From Chloroflexota bacterium (GTDB lineage Bacteria > Chloroflexota > Dehalococcoidia > Lucifugimonadales > JADFKI01), in NCBI GenBank assembly GCA_027623195.1, contig JAQBUT010000029.1:1-31259 (forward strand): DNA of 31,259 nucleotides, in the 5' to 3' direction. The translations under genes were made by a program, and so were the position numbers. Under the pieces are notes generated by a model. It saw only the letters and a program-made list of their open reading frames with translations. It made no database searches and was not told the origin of the DNA. How positions within the stretch are numbered: the stretch's first letter is position 1; each line of letters begins with the position of its first letter. Shown in pieces: positions 19,424 through 27,667 of this stretch.

Positions 19424-19696
19424 TCAAGAACGGAAACATAAAACGGGCATTACGTACAATTAGCCACATCATTTCTACCAGCCTTCTGCCCTACCAACTA
19501 GGAAACGGCAGTCATATTCAGAGGTCCCTGAATCCTGCCATTTAGGTCTGTGACGGCAATCCAAATATGCCATAAACGGCTACATCATGCCGAACTTACT
19601 GGAGGATGGCAGGCGAATCGGCACACATGATCCTAAACCTTATCCGCAGTTGCCAATATCGCATACAATGGCACCAACAAAAATCGGAGGATACTT

Positions 19697-20542
19697 ATGA
19701 CGACGACTCCCGGGACCGAGATAATTGAACTAGAGACTGGTGTATATGCCCGCCTACACAGCGGACTCACGAATGCGGGAATTATCATAGGTGATAACGG
19801 AGTGCTGGTAATAGACTCGCTTAGGGTTCCGTCCTTTGCTCGTGACCTCATCAAGGATATTCGGCACATCACAGACAAGCCCATCCAATACGTTGTCGAT
19901 ACGCATTCACATTGGGACCATACGTGGGGCAATGAGGAATTTCCCGAGGCAACCATCATAGGACATGAAAATTGTTACGAGGAAATGGTGGACGTCGAGT
20001 GGAACCAGCAATGGAGAGACAAGATTAAGGTCGCCAACGACCCCTGGTCGCAGGAGGCTCAACTCGTGAATATCACGCCTCCGAGTCTCACATTTGAGAC
20101 TAGCATGCGACTGTTTTTCGGGGGCAGAGAAATAATTCTCAGGTACTTGGGAAAAGCTCACACCAGCGGAGACATCGTTATCCACCTACCCGGAGAGAAA
20201 ATCCTCTTTACGGGAGACATTGCTCAGGATGGTGGCGTGCCTTATCTGGGCGATAGCTATCCCGAGGAGTGGCTAGAGACCGACAATCGACTGGTTGAAC
20301 TGCCTATCGAACGGTTTGTTTCCGGCCATGGACCAGTTGGAAGCCACGAAGCCCTTGCGCAGGCGCGAACCTTTATACACACCCTGGTTGGACAACTCAA
20401 AGGTGCCATCCAGGCAGGTCAAGACGGTGCAACAGCCAGCAAGTCAGTAATCGACGCTTTGACACCCGAGTTCGGTAGCTGGCGAAGCTTTGAACGCTTG
20501 GGAGAAACCCTCCCGCAGGTATACAAGAAGCTGAAGCCGTAG
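19697..20542 (+). CDS. MBL-fold metallo-hydrolase (cyclase-like)
   Basis: NAGII.G..GVLVID, THSHWDH.WGN, AHTSGD, LFTGD, SGHG; GGAGG SD. Confidence 0.9.
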   Translation: MTTTPGTEIIELETGVYARLHSGLTNAGIIIGDNGVLVIDSLRVPSFARDLIKDIRHITDKPIQYVVDTHSHWDHTWGNEEFPEATIIGHENCYEEMVDVEWNQQWRDKIKVANDPWSQEAQLVNITPPSLTFETSMRLFFGGREIILRYLGKAHTSGDIVIHLPGEKILFTGDIAQDGGVPYLGDSYPEEWLETDNRLVELPIERFVSGHGPVGSHEALAQARTFIHTLVGQLKGAIQAGQDGATASKSVIDALTPEFGSWRSFERLGETLPQVYKKLKP

Positions 20543-20697
20543 GACGGAGCCGAGGGCCGTCTGGTGTGCTAACACTTCGCCTGCGTCCACTCAGGGGCCC
20601 CCGCGTGGGGATTCGCCGCTCGCTTAGGATAGGTAGAAACTCGTTGTGCTGTCCACACGTGAGGAAATGACCGGCTAGAAGATTTTGTATACCACAG

Positions 20698-20721
20698 CGC
20701 CCCGGTGTAACAGCCGGGGCG
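20698..20721. terminator. GC hairpin between convergent MBL hydrolase and DUF4145 pseudogene
   Basis: CGCCCCGG-tgtaacag-CCGGGGCG perfect 8-bp stem. Confidence 0.45.
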
Positions 20722-20757
20722 TATCTCTCCTCAACCATCCAATTTCCGCGAGCAACC

Positions 20758-21438
20758 TTAAACCGAGCCGCCTTCGCCCATGAGTTTATCCCTTTGTTTG
20801 TTTATCCGCGCAGGCATGACATATAACTCATGGAAGAGAGCTTCAACAAATTAGTAAAGCTCTTCTGCATCACCGCTAGAGTATTCTCTGGCGGCGTCAG
20901 GTTCCTCATGCCCCAGATAATTAGCTACCCTCCTTGCAACGTCGCTGGCGAGGAAGGTAGTGCTGGATATGTGCCCGCCATCGGCAAGGGATTTAAGACT
21001 TGCATCTGCAAGGGGCAGCGCCTTCTTTCGATCCCTTAAAGCCCTGTTCACAGCCGTGCGCACAGCCATCATTGCTCCAATTACCGAACCGGTACCAAGT
21101 GCAATTGACGCATCCTGGAAAGCTGCTCTCGTATGCGGCTCGATTTCATCAGCAACCGGTCTGTGCTGATTAGGCCACAAGGGTTGAAATGTGAAATGCC
21201 GAATGCTGATGTCGGGATGCTGAGGATTATCCGCCTGGGCACGAAATGGAAACGCTTGCAAACAGGCTTGGCATCTGGCTAACCCGTATACATTAGCGTT
21301 CGACTGCTCATCGTATACAGTCCCCGATACCACTGCAGGAGTCGTCGATGAACTCGTACGGACATATTTTTGAAATTCAACTGGCGTGAACCCTGTCTTG
21401 CCTCAGCAATGAGGACAAATCATTCCCATAGGATTCAT
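20758..21438 (-). pseudogene. Zn-ribbon + DUF4145 (HEPN-like) protein with two in-frame stops
   Basis: GAGGGG SD, then MNPMGMICPHC*GKTG...RCQAC...R.A..DA...MM.VR.A...RRVANYLGH...DAEELY*FVEALFHELYVMPARI; stops at 21405-21403 (TGA) and 20853-20851 (TAA). Confidence 0.75.
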
Positions 21439-21479
21439 GGCGTTTATCCCCTCAATGCCAAAGTGTAGGCAATTTCTCC

Positions 21480-21581
21480 CCGTGAACAATCCGTGAACAT
21501 TCACCATTTTAGCAAAGAAAAAGCCGCTTCCTGCTGATTGAAAGGAAGGGCTTCGTTATGCTGGTGCAAAAGGTCGGATTT
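21480..21581 (-). mobile_element. att-like site: tRNA (Leu-like) 3'-end fragment, hairpin and 11-bp-period direct repeat
   Basis: Minus strand 21581-21562 = AAAT CCGAC CTTTTGC A CCA (T-loop end, 5-nt T-stem, 7-nt acceptor strand, discriminator, CCA) with no tRNA 5' part; hairpin 21521-21553; CCGTGAACA-at-CCGTGAACA at 21480-21499. Confidence 0.65.
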
Positions 21582-21750
21582 CAGAATTAGCCGTGCTGCA
21601 CCACATTTTCTGATTGAGGATGGTGCATCTTCGTACCTGCACTGCCACATTAAGGTTCTGTTGGGTGCTCCGGGGTGTCAGCCTGTGCTGGCAATTATGT
21701 ATGTGCAGAAGGGCCGATGTCCACTTTCCCATTCATGCCAGAATTAATTC

Positions 21751-21810
21751 CTTACACGGCGTTTACATGGAATTGATTTACTGTTAACTCCGTGGCAACA
21801 ACTCTGTAAA
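21751..21810 (+). promoter_or_regulatory. Array of 11-bp-periodic pentamers, GlnR/OmpR-type box-like, upstream of nitrate reductase
   Basis: CTTAC-N6-TTTAC-N6-TTGAT-N6-TTAAC-N6-GCAAC-N6-GTAAA. Confidence 0.4.
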
Positions 21811-21857
21811 ACCTCGCCTCTACGATGACTACGTCCAACTAGTTAGAGGCGTAGTCC

Positions 21858-23979
21858 ATACTCAAGGCACAACCCCTAGAGGTCGAAACGGCATCCGGCA
21901 CAGCTACACACTGCCCGTACTGCGCGTTTCAATGCGGAATGCGAATCAGTGGGACAACGTCGGACGCGACAATATCTGGCGATTCCTCATTCCCAGTTAA
22001 CGAAGGCGCCCTCTGCGTCAAGGGTTGGACTGCCGGCGCCATGCTGGCTCATCCCGACCGACTCCTTACCCCTCTAATCCGAGATGCCAAAGCAAGCTGC
22101 AGCCCTCTAGTTGGGACGATGCGTTGGGCTTGACTGCCGATGCCATTGGGCATGCCCAAGCCAAGTATGGTCTGGACTCTGTCGGTGTATTTGGCGGAGG
22201 GTCTCTTACTAACGAGAAGAGCTACCTGCTGGGCAAGTTCGCCCGGGTTGGGCTGCGCCGTCCAACATCGACTACAACGGTCGATTTTGTATGTCATCCG
22301 CAGCAGCCGCAGCTATCAGATCGTTCGGCATGGACCGAGGCCTTCCTTTTCCACTCGAGGACATATCCAAGGCTGATGTTGTGCTGTTGGTAGGTGGCAA
22401 TCCCGCAGAGACCATGCCGCCAATGATGCGCTATTTCGATGGGCAAAGCGCTTACGGCGGCAGCCTTATCGTCGCAGATCCGCGTGCCTCCGTTACGGCC
22501 AAGAAGGCCAATCTACACTTGAAGATAACTCCAGGCACCGACGCTGCGCTGGGAAATGGCCTACTGCACATTCTCATTCGCGACGGCTTTATCGACCAGG
22601 ACTACATCAGCGCGCGTACGGAAGGCTTCGAAGCAATAAGGGGTTCGGTGTCGACTTACTGGCCGGAGATGGTCGAGCGCATCACGGGCACCCCTGAGGC
22701 GCAACTGGTCCAGGCCGCCCGTATGTTGGGCACGGCCAAGAGCGCGATGATCTTGACGGGCAGAGGCCCAGAGCAACAGGCTCGGGGCGTCAACAACGTG
22801 CAGGCATTCATCAACATAGCTCTGGCTCTTGGTCTGGTGGGCAAGCCCAACAGCGGGTACGGATGCATTACCAGGCAGGGCAACGGCCAGGGTGGACGAG
22901 AGCACGGCCAGAAGGCGGACCAGTTGCCAGGCTATCGTCGTATTGACGACCCCGCCGCACGTAAGCATGTCGCGGGCGTCTGGGGATTGCCGGAAGAATC
23001 CCTACCTGGACCGGGAGTTTCCGCCTATGAAATGCTGGATACCCTGGGAGAAGACGGTGCTGTTCGCGCCCTTCTGGTTATGGGCTCCAACCCGGCCGTA
23101 TCCGCTCCTAACGCGATACATGTTCAAAATAGGCTGCGGTCGTTGGACTTTCTAGCAGTGGCGGACTTCTTCCTCTCCGAAACAGCCGAGATGGCGGACG
23201 TGGTGTTTCCCTCCGCCCACTGGGCAGAAGAGTCCGGCACCATGACTAATCTAGAAGGAAGAGTGATTCACCGTCGTCAGGCATTCGAGGCCCCCGTTGG
23301 CATCAAGGATCATGCCGAGATTATTTGCAGCCTGGCACAACGCCTGGGAAGGGGCGATTACTTCACCTACCTCAATGTCGAGGCTATCTTCGACGAGTTG
23401 GCAAGTGCCACTGCAGGCGGTGTTGCAGATTACTCCGGCATTACCTACGACGGCATTGACGCCAACGATGGAATGTTCTGGCCTTGCACCAGCGAGGAAA
23501 AGCTAGGTACGCCACGAATATTCACGGAAAGGTTCCCAACTAGTTCTGGCAAGGCCCGGTTTCATCGCGTTCGCCTCGAGGCCCCTGCGGAAGTGCCGGA
23601 CGCCGATTATCCCCTGATTATGACGACGGGAAGGGTTCTTTCGCAGTACCAGTCCGGCAACCAGACCCGACGCATCGCCGAACTCAACACGCCCTACCCG
23701 GAGCCGTTAGTCGATATACATCCGGCAACCGCACGCCACTACGGCCTGGATGAAACGGAGCCTGTCGTCTTGCGCACGCGCCGCGGCTCCGCCAGTTTCA
23801 AGTTGCGTCTTACCCGCGATATCCGCGAAGACACCGTATTTGTGCCGTTTCATTGGGGCGGAATGCAATCTGTTAACAGGCTCACCAACCCGGCACTGGA
23901 CCCCATAAGCCGCATGCCCGAATTCAAAGTCTGCGCAGTGCGCATAGATGCTCAAGAGGTATTTGGAGGCAACTCATGA
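21858..23979 (+). pseudogene. nasC: Assimilatory nitrate reductase catalytic subunit (NasC/NarB-type Mo-bisPGD), disrupted
   Basis: THCPYCAFQCG...LCVKG 4Fe-4S motif; GSLTNEK.YLLGKFAR; NIDYNGRFCMSSA; QGNGQGGREHGQKADQLPG; C-terminal DPISRMPEFKVCAV; two 1-nt deletions (~22092, ~22259); likely start is ATA after GAGG. Confidence 0.88.
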
Positions 23980-24047
23980 CCGATAAACAAAAGCTCGTCG
24001 TTGTTGGCAACGGCATGGCAGGGGAGGTCGCGTCAACATGTGTGTAA
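23976..24047 (+). pseudogene. nirB: N-terminal stub of NADH nitrite reductase large subunit
   Basis: ATGA overlap with nasC stop; MTDKQKLVVVGNGMAG is the typical NirB/NasD N-terminus; similarity lost after codon 16, stop at codon 24. Confidence 0.8.
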
Positions 24048-24356
24048 ATGAGTCAAGTCATGGGTCTGAATTTTCAGGGCCTGGAACACCATTTCTGGCC
24101 AAGTGTTGGTTCAAGGTTCACTGTCCTGATTCCCTTGATCTATCTCCGCGCTAACTTTTAATATCCAAGCCCCTTAATGCGATCTGAACCAAAATCGCCT
24201 GTCGTTCGCGGTGCGGAGGCTGCCCACCTCCTGCGAGGAATCAAAGGGACTTAGTCGTCATCCAGCTGAGGCGAAGCCTCGCGTTTACGTGCCTTTCTGA
24301 TGCCAATAAGGCGAGTCGGATTGTGGAAAGCCTTTCGTCGTTATTGAACTTGTGCT

Positions 24357-24447
24357 TTGTATACAAGGCTACAAATCTCAATCCAGTCCCCACGCATCTG
24401 AGTAAACGAAGGTCCAAACAACTGCACAGCGAACTGCTTGCATACAA
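24357..24447. promoter_or_regulatory. Two GntR-type palindromes TTGTATACAA (24357-24366) and TTGCATACAA (24438-24447)
   Basis: One perfect and one single-mismatch 10-bp palindrome upstream of the membrane-protein cluster. Confidence 0.45.
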
Positions 24448-24476
24448 GGGCCAAGACATTCCAAGGAGAGAAGGAA

Positions 24477-25214
24477 ATGACAACAGGAAGCGTTTCGAAA
24501 AGTGGTGACACCGTGTTTGCCAAGGGCGACCTGCCAGTTGAGGTGACAGGCATGCAGTCCATGGCCAACAAAATGTGGCTACCATTCCTCGGCATGGGAT
24601 TCATGATTGTGCTCGCTGCGTTCGTGGTGGGGCTTTTCAACTCGGGAGCGGCGGCTGACTGGTTCGCCTTTTCCAAGGCATCCCGCGAGGCGGCGGTAAC
24701 AGGGTCGACACTAGCGACACAGAAAGCGTTCATTGAATCGACCATGCTATGGCTGCCGGCGTTCAAGTTCCTTGGCATAGGCATGATGCTCGGCGGAATA
24801 ACCTTCCTACTGGCAACGATTCTTGGTGCTCTTAGGACAGGAGGCGGCAGGGTTCAGCAGGCTCTTGGCGTTGAGGTAAGGATCGTAAAGCCACCAATGA
24901 CGGCCAAGGTGTTCCCAATGTTCATGATGATGGGCATGATGCTACTCATAGTTGCACTCATAGTTGCGATAGCGAATTCCACGTTAGCTTACGGCTACTG
25001 GAATCATTCGATAGCCACACAGCTGAATCCCGCCCTGGATGGAAGCGGCGTGCTGAATGACCTCACGTCCATCGCGTCCGTGGGCAAGTGGGTTGTCGCC
25101 ATCAAATTAACTGGAATGGCCTTCCTTTTCGGAGGAGTAGGACTTGCGCTGGCAACTATCGTTCGTGTGCTTCGCTGGCAGTCGAGCCGACTGTGGGAAC
25201 TGATGCCCCGGTAG
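24477..25214 (+). CDS. Unknown Met-rich membrane protein, two tandem TM-hairpin repeats (paralog A)
   Basis: AAGGAGAGAAGGA SD before ATG 24477; 4 hydrophobic segments; internal duplication; closely similar to 25698-26429. Confidence 0.85.
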   Translation: MTTGSVSKSGDTVFAKGDLPVEVTGMQSMANKMWLPFLGMGFMIVLAAFVVGLFNSGAAADWFAFSKASREAAVTGSTLATQKAFIESTMLWLPAFKFLGIGMMLGGITFLLATILGALRTGGGRVQQALGVEVRIVKPPMTAKVFPMFMMMGMMLLIVALIVAIANSTLAYGYWNHSIATQLNPALDGSGVLNDLTSIASVGKWVVAIKLTGMAFLFGGVGLALATIVRVLRWQSSRLWELMPR

Positions 25215-25267
25215 TCTGAGGTCAGAGTTGAGCAATGATTCACTTGAAACACTTGGAGAGAAATAAA

Positions 25268-25648
25268 ATGACAAATGACGAAATGAGATCACAGGCGAAC
25301 ACAACGTCTTCGCTAATCAAGATAGCAGGCATTCTGTGGTTCGCAGCATTCATGGTAGTGATGATCGGCGCAATCGTGTTCATCGCCCTGGCGTTCACGT
25401 CAGGGGACTATTACGCCAATAGCAAAGCCGTTCGAGACGCAGCGGAAGCCGGAAGCGGCCTTCTGAGTCAACTGGGGAACATCAAGGCGACTGGAGCATG
25501 GGTAATGCCCTTCGCTTTCCTTGGCATCTCGCTCTTCATCGCAGGATTCGGATTCGCCTTCTCCAACATCTTGAGAAATATCAACTTGCGCGCCGGAACA
25601 ATGGCCGCAACTCTACCTGAGCTAAGGGCGAAAAAGAACCAGGCGTAA
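25268..25648 (+). CDS. Unknown membrane protein, single TM-hairpin repeat (paralog B)
   Basis: GGAGAG SD before ATG 25268; DYYANSKAVRDAAEAGSGLL...W..PF.FLG aligns with the repeat of A and C. Confidence 0.8.
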   Translation: MTNDEMRSQANTTSSLIKIAGILWFAAFMVVMIGAIVFIALAFTSGDYYANSKAVRDAAEAGSGLLSQLGNIKATGAWVMPFAFLGISLFIAGFGFAFSNILRNINLRAGTMAATLPELRAKKNQA

Positions 25649-25697
25649 ATCCCGAACCGACGCTTATCAGGTGCATACCACTTTAGGAGAAATCAAA

Positions 25698-26429
25698 ATG
25701 GCAACAGCAAATATCAGCAGCAATGACGTAGTTTTCACCACGAATCAGTTACCGGTAAGGGTAACGGGAATGCAGTCGATGGCAAGCAAGATGTGGCTAC
25801 CATTCCTCGGAATGGGATTCATGATTGTCGCCGCCGCCTTCATAATCGGACTGGTCATCTCAGGGAACGTGGCGGACTGGCTTTCGGTCTCAAAGTTGAC
25901 CAGGGAAACAGCGGAACGCGGCTCGGCCTTGGCCACGCAGAAAGCGTTCATTGAGTCGGCCAAAATCTGGCTGCCCGCACTTAAGTTCCTTGGGCTTGGA
26001 ACGATGCTTGGCGGTGTTACCTTCCTGCTTGCAAGTATCCTCGGCGCACTCAGGACCGGTGGTGGCAGAGTTCAGGAAGCCCTGGGAGAAGATGTAAGGA
26101 TAATTAAAACGCCGATGACGGCAAAAATGTTTCCCATGTTCATGATGACCGGCATGATGATTCTTATGGTCGCCCTCATCATTGCCATCGTAACGTCGAC
26201 ACTGGCATACGACTATTGGAACCACGCGATTAAGACCCAGTTGGATGCCGCAGCCGACGGTAGCGCACTGCTCGCCAACCTTGGGACAATCAATGCAATT
26301 AAGCTCTGGCTTGAGCCATTCAAGTTCGTTGGAATCGCATCGCTATTTGCCGGAATAGGACTGGCGTTGGCAACTATCGTTCGTGTACTTCGATGGCAGA
26401 CGGACCGACTTTGGGACGTTCTTTCCTGA
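25698..26429 (+). CDS. Unknown Met-rich membrane protein, two tandem TM-hairpin repeats (paralog C)
   Basis: AGGAGA SD before ATG 25698; shares MWLPFLGMGFMIV, LATQKAFIES, LGALRTGGGRVQ and LALATIVRVLRWQ with A. Confidence 0.85.
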   Translation: MATANISSNDVVFTTNQLPVRVTGMQSMASKMWLPFLGMGFMIVAAAFIIGLVISGNVADWLSVSKLTRETAERGSALATQKAFIESAKIWLPALKFLGLGTMLGGVTFLLASILGALRTGGGRVQEALGEDVRIIKTPMTAKMFPMFMMTGMMILMVALIIAIVTSTLAYDYWNHAIKTQLDAAADGSALLANLGTINAIKLWLEPFKFVGIASLFAGIGLALATIVRVLRWQTDRLWDVLS

Positions 26430-26572
26430 GTTTCATAGCTTGGAATGGGTGCAGAGCTCCCTAGAGCTCCCCGCAAGAACCATGGGCCGACGCCTCGTCG
26501 GGTCGATATGAGACGAAAGCCCATATGCCGTAGCGTAACGATGGAACGACTTTAGACAAGAGGAATCTCAAG

Positions 26573-26716
26573 ATGACAGATCAATACATCCTGGCATGCG
26601 ACTTGGGAGGAACGAGGTTGCGTTTGGCAGTTGCGAAGCTCGATGGATCCATCCACTCCAAGCAGGTTATTTCCACCCCGGCTGATGACCCCGGCACTCT
26701 GGTGGAAACGATACGC
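26573..26716 (+). pseudogene. ROK-family (sugar kinase/repressor) N-terminal stub
   Basis: MTDQYILACDLGGTRLRLAVAKLDGSI is the ROK DxGGT phosphate-1 motif; AGAGGA SD; similarity ends after about 48 codons. Confidence 0.7.
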
Positions 26717-27509
26717 GATGATAATTCCGGGGATGGCGCTGCTGCTGGTCGGAATTGCCTACTACTTCGTAACGCAGGATTCACCCCGAGGCAATTTCAA
26801 GGAACTTAGAGCGGCAGGACTAATGCCTCCCGCATCCGCCGTGAAGGGCTCCTTCATGGAGGCGGCGAAGGACCGAAGAGTGTGGGCACTGTTCGTCATC
26901 TACGGTGCCTGCTTCGGAGTAGAGCTAACCATAAACAACATCGCCGCGCTTTACTATCACGACAGGTTTGAGCTAAGCATAGCAATGGCAGGGATGATCG
27001 CAGGACTTTTTGGCCTGATGAATCTTTTTGCGAGGACCCTGGGCGGCCTTCTCGGTGACAGAGCGGGCATTCGTTTCGGATTGCGTGGGCGCGTGGCGTT
27101 CTTGGGCGTCGTGCTCCTGCTGGAAGGCGTGGCGCTAATCGTATTTTCAGAGATGTCCACGTTGTTCCTGGCAGTAGGGGCCATGGTTGTGTTCAGCTTG
27201 TTCGTCCAGATGTCCGAAGGGGCCACATTCTCCATAGTCCCGTTCATCAACCGCAAGGCGTTGGGCTCGGTGGCAGGTATTGTCGGGGCAGGTGGTAACG
27301 CAGGAGCTGTCGCCTTTGGATTTCTTTTCCGCGCAGAGAGCCTCTCCACATCCGATGCCCTCTCATATATTGGTGTTGCAGTCATTCTGTCATCCGTGCT
27401 CGTGCTTGTCGTTGGCTTCTCCCCAGCAACCGAATCTCAGGAGCGCGAGGCCCTTAACATGGCCCTCGCGAACAGGAATGCAGCCATTGCCGGCGGCGCG
27501 GCTGATTAG
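26709..27509 (+). pseudogene. narK: C-terminal part of NarK/Nrt2 nitrate/nitrite MFS porter (N-terminus missing)
   Basis: RYAMIIPG...TQDSPRGN, D.RVW.LF.IYGACFGVELT.NN, FGLMNLFAR.LGG, nitrate signature FVQMSEGATF.IVPF...G.V.GIVGAGGN.G. Confidence 0.85.
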
Positions 27510-27519
27510 GTGGGAATTA

Positions 27520-27555
27520 GCCAAGGTTCACTGTTGTACAACGGTGAACCTTGGC
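27520..27555. terminator. 36-nt near-perfect palindrome between convergent narK and oxc
   Basis: GCCAAGGTTCAC-tGTTGTACAACg-GTGAACCTTGGC. Confidence 0.55.
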
Positions 27556-27667
27556 GATCTTTCGGATCTCACCCAGCTAAACGCATTAGCCTCCGTCGTG
27601 TTACAGAGATCACTCTGAACATGGACGCGTTCCGAGTAGCCGTGAATGGGAAGCCTCTCCAGTTGTC

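Noticed and set aside
21403..21405. In-frame TGA after CPHC as possible selenocysteine
   Set aside because: The position follows a complete CxxC rather than replacing a Cys, and the same gene has an in-frame TAA, so simple pseudogenisation explains it
21500..21640. Complete tRNA gene
   Set aside because: Only the 3' 20 nt fit; no 5' T-stem strand (GTCGG-TTC), D arm or anticodon arm
24350..24366. Rex box (TTGTG...ACAA)
   Set aside because: 17 bp rather than the 18-bp Rex palindrome; better explained by TTGTATACAA
26631..26708. N-terminus of the 292-aa ORF as a true narK start
   Set aside because: It is the alternate frame of the ROK stub, has no SD and no MFS similarity
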